DNA from: a virus
Length of the DNA: 64,000 nucleotides
IMG/VR virus record: IMGVR_UViG_3300022074_000004
Strand: one strand, 5' to 3'
Shown here: piece after piece, positions 17,049-26,000 of the stretch
How positions within the stretch are numbered: position 1 is the first letter of the stretch
How the letters are laid out: every line of letters starts with the position of its first letter
Notes under the pieces: generated by a model
What the model was told of the DNA's origin: nothing
Seen by the model: only the letters and a program-made list of their open reading frames with translations
Database searches by the model: none
Program-made: the position numbers and the translations under genes

Positions 17049-17097
17049 ATTCGTTATTTTAAGATCTTAAATTAACTTTAAGGAGAAAATAAAACAA

Positions 17098-20000
17098 ATG
17101 GCATTCAATAGAGAACTTTCGCAATTTGCGAATTATCTTGAGCTCGATGCCGCTGGACAATATATTGGAATTAGTAGTACAAGTGATACCAATGTTGGTA
17201 TTGGTACTGCCACCCCAGAGTCAAAACTGACTGTTGAGGGTGACGCACTTGTCAGTGGAATGGTCACAGCTACTGGTAATTTCAGCGGAGACCTTTATGG
17301 TACTGCTGATTTTGCTATCGATGCTCATGGTTTAACTACAGCAAGAACAATTACTCTTGCTGGTGATATCAATGGTTCCGTTGCATTTGACGGAACTCAA
17401 GACGTTGTTATTAATACAACAATTCAACCTGACAGCCTTGTTCTTGGTGACGACACCGAGGGTAATTTTGTTCAGGACGTTGTTGCTGGTTCAAGCAACA
17501 TCGAAGTTACTGGTTCAGGTTCAGAAAAGGCAGTTGTTACTGTTGATCTTTCTGATACCACAGTAAGTGCTGGTTCATATGGTAGTGTTTCTAATATCCC
17601 TACTTTCACTGTTGACGCAAAAGGTCGCCTCACAGAGGTTATTGAAGTACCTATCTCAACAACACTGAAAGTTACTGCAGATAACAACTTCACCGATGAA
17701 GTTAATCTGATTGCAGATACTCTTGATGTTGAAGGTGGCGCAAACGTAACCACAACTGTTACTGACAATAAAGTTACAGTTGATCTTGATGCAGATATTG
17801 CTCTGACAAGCATTGACCTGTCAGGAACTCTGGATGTTACTGGCGACACAACTCTTCAGACCCTGGATGCACAGACATCTACACTGGATTCTGTTTCTGT
17901 AACTACAACTGCTGCTGTTGGAACTGATTTAACTGTTGGTGGCAACTCAGTTGTTGATGGAACATCACAAGTCAAGTCCGATGCACAGTTCGATTCTAAT
18001 GTTGCTGTAGCTGGCAATACTACTTTAACTGGTACATTAGACGTTACTGCTAAGACAACTGTTGGAGAATTGGATGCTCAAGCATCTACTCTGAATTCAC
18101 TCAGCGTAACTACTAATGCTGCTGTAACAGGAACTCTTGACGTAACCGGAGATACAACTGTTCAGACACTGTCTGCTCAGGCATCTACTCTGGATACTGC
18201 TGTTGTAACTAAGACTGCTGATGTTGGAACAAATCTGACTGTTGGTGGAACTGCAACTGTTGACGGCAACCTCCGCACTAAGTCTGACGCAACCGTTGAT
18301 GTTGATCTGTCTGTTGGTGGAGATACAACTCTTACTGGTGCTCTCGGAGTAACTGGTGATACAACTCTTCAAACACTGACTGCTCAAACAACCGCTCTGG
18401 ATTCCCTTAGCGTAGCTACTGATGCAGTTGTAACTGGAGATGTTAGCGCAGCTAGATTTATCACTGGTGCTGAAGGCCAGTCCATCATTGTTGAAGGTAC
18501 AAGAATTACTGGTCCTTCTACAATTACTCTTGATCCTGCTGGTATTGGTGATGAGACAGGTACTGTCTTCATCCTTGGTGATCTGCAGGTTAGAGGTTCA
18601 CAAACAATCATTGACTCTACAGCAGTTTCTGTTGCAGATCTCAATATTATTGTTGCTAAAGGTGCGGCTAATGATGCTGCAGCTAACGGTGCAGGTCTGA
18701 CTGTTGAGTCAGGTGCTGATGCCGCAAATCATAAGACTTTCCAATACGAAGCTGCTCCTGAGAAGCAGAACTTTGCTTCTTCTGAGAACCTTAATCTTGC
18801 TTCTGGAAAAGTTTACAAGATTGATAACGTTGAAGTCCTGAGTGCAACCACTCTTGGCGGAACTGTTGTCAACTCTTCACTGACATCTGTCGGAACACTT
18901 GTTGATCTGACTGTTGCCGGTGATGTTGCATTTGGTTCTGATCTTTCTGTTGATGGTGCTACAACACTTACAGGTCTTCTGACCGCTGGTGATACCGATC
19001 TTCAGAGAGTTGACGTAACTGATGACGTTACCGTTGGAACAACTCTGACCGTAGCTGGTGCTACCTCACTTTCAACTCTTGGAACATCTGGTCTTGCAAC
19101 CCTCAACTCTGCTAGCGTTACTACTAGCCTTGCAGTTGGTGGAACATCTGTAATGACAGGTGCTGTTACAATGAGTGATACTCTCATTGTTGCTGCTAAT
19201 ACAACACTTTCTAGCGATCTTGAAGTTGGTGGAGATGCCGCATTCAACCAAGCTGTTGATGTAACTGGTGCAACTACACTTTCTACTCTTGCTACTTCTG
19301 GCCTTGCAACACTTGCAGCTGCTCAGATTAATGGAATCATGGCAGTTAGTGGTGCTTCTTCACTGAATGGTCCAGTTGCTACTGGAGATACTCTGGATGT
19401 AACTGGTGCTGCTACACTTGATAGCACTCTGGATGTAACTGGTGCAACTACACTCACTACACTGAATGCGACTGGCGCTGCTGTACTTGATTCTACACTT
19501 CGTGTAAAGTCTGCTGCACAGTTCGATACAACTGTTGATGTAACTGGTGATACTACTGTTGGTGGAATCACAACCCTTCAGTCAACTCTGAATGTTGCTG
19601 GTGCGGCTTCTTTCGACAGCACAATTATTGCAGGTGCAAATGTAACTGCTCCTACATTCACCGGAGACTTGATCGGTAATGCTGATACAGCAACTGCACA
19701 AGAAACTGAGCGTAAGTTCAGCATTGGTCTTGACGGATCTGGCGATGCTAGCGCACCTCAAGTTGCATATGATGCTACAGCTGATGTAGATCTCACAATG
19801 ACATTGAGAGATGTCAATGCAGCTCCTGGAACACATGGTTCTGCGACTGAGATTCCTATCATTACAACTAATGCCAAGGGTCTTGTACTTGATACAACTG
19901 TAACTGCTGTTGGTACTTCACTGAGTGTTGCTGCTGATGCAGGTGCTGATGAAACAATTGAGTTCCTGACAGAGAAACTGACTATCTCTGGTGCAGATCA

Positions 20001-23000
20001 TCTTACTACAACCACTCTTAATAATGAAGTTAGCGTCAGCATTGATGCAACTCCTGCAAACACTGCTTCTACAGTTGTTTCAAGAGATGCAAATGGTGAT
20101 TTTGCTGCTAATGCAATCACTGCACCTAACTTCCACGGTCTTGCAGATCGCGCTACTAAGTTAGAGACTGCTCGTGCAATTGATATCACTGGCGACGGTG
20201 TTGCTGGAGCAATCAGCTTCGATGGCACTGCTGATAAGACACTTAACTTTGTTCTGAATAACGTCAACCCAACTACCACTGGTCAGTTTGGTGACAGAGC
20301 ACACGTCTCTCAGATCACTGTTAACGCTAAGGGTCTCATCACCAACGTAACCAACGTTGCTATTTCTACAAGCATTAGTCTCGGTTCTGACGATGCAGGT
20401 GCTGGTGTAGTTGATCCTCTGACACAGAATCTGTCAGTCTTGGGTAGTGACTATATCGCAACTCAAGTCAGTGGAACTGACTTCACAATCTCCCTGAAGG
20501 GAACTGCTGCTAACGAGGCAGATAAGGCTGTTGTAAGAGATGCTTCTGGCGATTTCGCTGCAAGAAACATCACCGCTACAGGAGAATTCCTTGGCAATGC
20601 AACTACAGCAACCGATGCATTCGGACTTACTGAGTTCAGAAAGCTCGAACTTGATGGAGACGTTAAGGGCGATATCCTGTTTGATGGTACTGCTGATGTA
20701 GTCATCAATACAACCATTCAGCCTAACTCCATTGAACTGGCTACCGACACAGTTGGTAACTACGTTGCAACTCTCGCTGACATGGGTCAGTCTGATATCA
20801 TTGTTAATGCTTCAGGTACAGAAGATGCTGCTGTAACTGTTGGACTTACAACAACCGGAGTTGTTGCTGGTTCATACGGAACAAAGGGTAACTTCCCAGT
20901 TATCGAAGTTGACGACAGAGGTCGTGTTCTCTCCATGGGAACTACTTCAGTATCTACAGTCCTTAACATGACTGCAGACAGCGGAAGCGATGATGTTGAT
21001 CTTCTCGATGATGTTCTGAACATTGAAGGTGGTACAAACGTAACCACAACTGTTAGTGATAACAACATTAAGGTTGACCTTGATCCAGTAGTTGACGTAG
21101 CAACATCTGTTACTGCACCTACATTTATCACAACTGGTGAAGCAAATGCAATTGCTATCACTTCAGATACTATTGCTGGACCAGAGGTATTCTACCTTGA
21201 TCCAAATTCTGATGATGGCCCAACTGGTAAGATTGTTATCAAGGGTGACCTTGAAATTAGAGGTACTACAAACACTGTTAACTCAACTGAGGTTGAAATC
21301 GGTGACCACAACATTATCCTTAATGCTGCTGGTACAACTGATTCTCAGGCAGACGGTGGTGGTATCACCATTAAGGGTGCGGTTGACAAGACTTTCGTCT
21401 TTGATGCTCTCACTTCTTCTTTCAAGTCTTCCGAGAATATCAATACTAAGGTTGGTAAGGTCTACAAGATTGGTGGAACAGAAGTTCTCAGTGCAACCAC
21501 ACTTGGTGCTGGTGTAATCAACTCCTCCCTGGAGACAGTTGCTACAATCAATACTGGTGTTTGGGAAGCAACTCCAATCAATGATCTCTACATTGATACT
21601 ATTGATAATGCAAACAAGGTTCAGATTTCTGCTCTTGATATTGATGCTGGCACAGAAGTTGGCTCTCCAATCGCAGACGATGATCTGATGATCCTTGACT
21701 CTGGTGCAAACGGCACTAACGTCAGCATGAAAGTTGACCGTATGCCTGTTTATACCTTTAGTAAGGTTCATGGCGACATCCTTATTGATGCAGCCGGTCT
21801 TGCTACTGTTCAACCAGATTCTGTTGCTCTTGGAACAGATACAACTGGTGTATTCGTTAAGTCTATCAGTGACAGCGGAAACAACGATATCGTAGTTGTT
21901 GACGGTGCAGCTGAAGATGGTAACGATGTAACTCTGACACTGACAGAAACTGGTGTAGCTCCTGCAATCTATGGTTCTACAACTGAGATTCCTTTCTTCC
22001 AAGTTGATAGCAAGGGTCGTATTGTTTCTGCTGGTTCAACTCAGGTTGATACAACACTGGATGTTTCATCTGATATCGGTTCATTCACTGTCGATCAGCA
22101 AACTGCTGTTCTTTCAATTGAAGGTTTCGACGGAGAACTCAAGGGTGTTGCATCTAACGGTGTAGTTGTTCTTGGACTTGAGCCTACTGGTGTAACTTCT
22201 ACAAGCTATGGTTCTAAGAGCCAAGTTCCTGTACTGGATATCGACTCTAAGGGTCGTATCATGTCTGCTACAACAACTGAAATCTCTGAGAAGCTGACTG
22301 TTACTGGAGACACCGGTTCATCCGATGTTAACCTGCTGACAAGTTCACTCGCTATCGAAGGTGATTCTACATATATCGATTCACTTTCTGATTCAGATAC
22401 TGTAAGTCTGTCTATCCGTGCAACTTCTGCTAATACTGCAGATATGATCGTTGCTCGCGATTCTAATGGAGACTTCTCTGCGCAAAATATCACTGCTAAT
22501 CTTCTCTCTGCTGATGTTGAGTCCGTTGGAATTTCAACATTCAACGAGTTTAGAGTTAACACCAAGATCTATGACTCCACAGGTGCTTCCGGTGGTGAGA
22601 AACAGACCATTGGTATTGACGTAGCAACTGGTAATTTGATCTGGCAGGATCTGACTGATATTCTCCCAGCGACAAGAACAACTGATTCTAGAACTGCAAC
22701 TGAAGGTCAAACTGACTTCGTATTTACATACAATCCAAACTACCTTGACGTATTCGTCAACGGTGTTAAGTTGAGTACTAACGAAGTAACTGCTGCTGAT
22801 GGATTTAATGTTAAGGTTCTTGAGCCTCTGTTCGAAGGAGACATCGTTGAATTCCATTCATATGCAACTGCTGGTGGTGGACTTGGTGTTGTAGATGCTC
22901 TGTCAGATCTTTCTGATGTTGCTCTTGCTGCTTCTGCTGAAGGTCAGGTTCTCGCATTCAACGGCACACAGTATGTCAACGTATCTAGCGTTGATCTGCC

Positions 23001-26000
23001 AGGAAGCGTAACTGCTGCATCTATTATTTCTGATGCTGACATTACTGCAACCGCTGCTGTTAATGCTGCAAGTGCTGTTATCTCTGGAAACCTTTCTGCT
23101 GGTTCTCTGACTCTGAGTGGAGACGCTGCTGTAACTGGAAATATTGTTCCTTCTGCAGATAACGTTTATGACCTTGGTTCTCCTACAGCAATGTGGAAGG
23201 ACGTATACATCGGTCCTGGATCCTTGTATGTTAATGGTCAGAAGATTGTTGAGGCTGACGGTGCTGATAACATCATCCTTTCTGCTTCAGACGATCAAAA
23301 CCTCGTACTTAAGCCAACTGGAACTGGTGACATTGAACTTGCTCCAGGTGGATCAGGTGCTGTTCAACTGAAAGCTCCACTGCAAATCGCTGCTAACACC
23401 AACATCCTGAGTCAGGACGGTGAAGCTGTTGTATTCGCAACAGGTGTTGCTGCTTCTACAGTTTCTGGTAAGGACGGAGACCTCACCCTGAGTGGTAAGG
23501 CTGGTACAACTGGAATCGTTAGAACTTCTGGCGATCTTGCTGTTGCTGGAGATCTGACTGCAACCAGCGTCACTGCAGACATTGATGCATCTAACCTTAG
23601 CGGTACTGTTGCTTCTGCAAGACTGGGTAGTGGAACTGCTGATGCTTCCACATTCCTGAGAGGAGACGGTCAGTGGGCAGTTGTTGATTCAACTTCTCTG
23701 ACAGTTAGTGGTGTTGCTGTTGTTCAGGCTTCTGCCTTCGGTCTTAACATCGATGGCGATACAGTTGCTGATACAATCAAGACATCAACTGGCGGTCTGG
23801 AAATGACCGATGCAACCATCTCTGGTACTGGTGACATTATTGTTGATCCTAATGGTGACAACAGTGTTAGTGGTGCTCTGAGAATTAAGGGTGACCTCGT
23901 TGTTGATGGTAATACTACAACCGTTAACACCAACGAAGTTTCAATCGCTGATTCTGAGATCCATGTTGCTTCAGGTGCTGCAACTGATATCCTCACCCAC
24001 GGTGCAGGTATCAAGTTTGGTAACAATAAGACAATCGCATACAACTATGACTCTAAGTCACTGAAGTCTAGCGAGCATGTCGAACTTGCTTCCGGTAAGA
24101 CCTTCATGATCGATGGATCTGAAGTTCTGACTGCTTCTACCGTTCTCGGTAAGTCAATGCCTACAGGTGTTGTTGTTGGTGCATCAGATGCACAAACTCT
24201 GACATCTAAGACAATTGATGCTTCCGCGAACACAATTAGCAATATCGCTAATTCTTCACTCGTTAACTCCACAGTTTCCTTCGGTGGTGTTGAACTCGCA
24301 CTGGGTGCAACTGATGCAACTCCTGCGTTCAACCTTGCTGATGCGACAAACCTGCCTACAACATCTCTGTCAGGCACAATCACCAACGCACAACTTGCTG
24401 GTTCTATCTCTAACGATAAGCTTGCAAATAACACCATCTCTGGACACGCTCTGGGCAGTGCCCTCAGCACATTGACAATGTCCACAGGTGCATACTTGAC
24501 TGGTGCTGCCACCTATACTGGTGCTACTGGTGCTTCATTTGCAATTTCACTGGAAGCTTCTTCCGATGCAACTGCAGATAAGGTTGTTGTAAGAGATGCA
24601 AGTGGCGACTTCGCTGCTGGAATGATCACCGCTAATTTGACCGGTGACGTAACAGGTAATGCCGATACAGCTACATTGGCTGATGATGCAATCAATGCTG
24701 CAAACGTACAGGTTGATTCTTCTGCTGATGCTGATGCAGTACATTACATGATGATGACCTCTTCTGCATCCGGCAATGTCCGTGCTAAGAGTGACGCTGG
24801 TATAACCTACAACCCATCCACAAATACCCTGACTGCAGGTGCATTTGTTGGACCAATGACAGGTGACGTAACAGGTAATGCTGATACAGCTACATTAGCT
24901 GCAGATTCAACTCTGTTTGCTGGTGAAGTTAAGGCATACTATGCTACTGCATCTGCACTTTCCGATCTGGAAACTACAGTTGGTCTCGTAACCTTCTCTG
25001 GTGCATACGGCGATCTGACTGGTGTTCCTACAAACGTTTCACAGTTTGCAAACGATTCTGCATATCTGGTATCTACAGATACTATTGATAATGCATCTGA
25101 AGCTGCAACTGTTAGCGTTGCTGCTGATAACGTCAGCAATACTGAGAGACTGGTAACATTCGTAGATGCTGCGACTGGCTTCCAAGATCTCAATACTGAT
25201 GTTGAACTGACCTACAACCCAGGTCTCGATAGATTGTCTGCAACTACATTCAAGGGTGCTCTTGAAGGTAATGCAGCAACAGCAAGCAAGCTTGCTTCAC
25301 CAGTAACAATCGCTGGCGTTGCATTCGATGGTTCTGCTGATATTGAACTTCCTGGTGTAACTGCCGCTGGTTCACAAGATACCACTGGTAATGCTGCTAC
25401 TGCATCTGCTCTGGCACATACCGTTACAATCGGTGGTCTTTCAACTGATCTCGCATCTGGAACATCCCTGGATCTTCCTGGTGTAACAAGTGCTGGTAAC
25501 CAGAACACCTCTGGTAATGCCGCTACTGCAACAGTTTCTCTGACTGTTTCTGATGCTGCACAGCCTGCAATCACATCTGTTGGAACTCTGACAGGTCTGA
25601 CTGTATCTGGTGACGCTGAAGTTGGTTCAAACCTGACTGTTGTTGGTGACCTGACTGTTCAGGGCAACACTACAACAATCTCTTCCAGCAACCTGGAAGT
25701 TGTTGACGCTAACATCACCGTTGCTAAGGGTGCTGCTGATGCTACCTCTGCTGATGGCGCTGGATTGACCGTTGATGGTGCTGGTGCAACATTCACCTAT
25801 GCATCTATTAACGATACTTGGGTTGCTAATAAGCCTATCGCTGCAAACATCACTGGCGATCTGACAGGTAACGCTGACACTGCATCTAGTTCTGATGCTT
25901 GTATCGGTAATTCTGCTACAGCAACTGCGCTTGATCATACAGTTTCAATTGGTGGTTTGACCACTGATCTCGCACCTGGTGCTTCTCTCGACCTTCCTGG

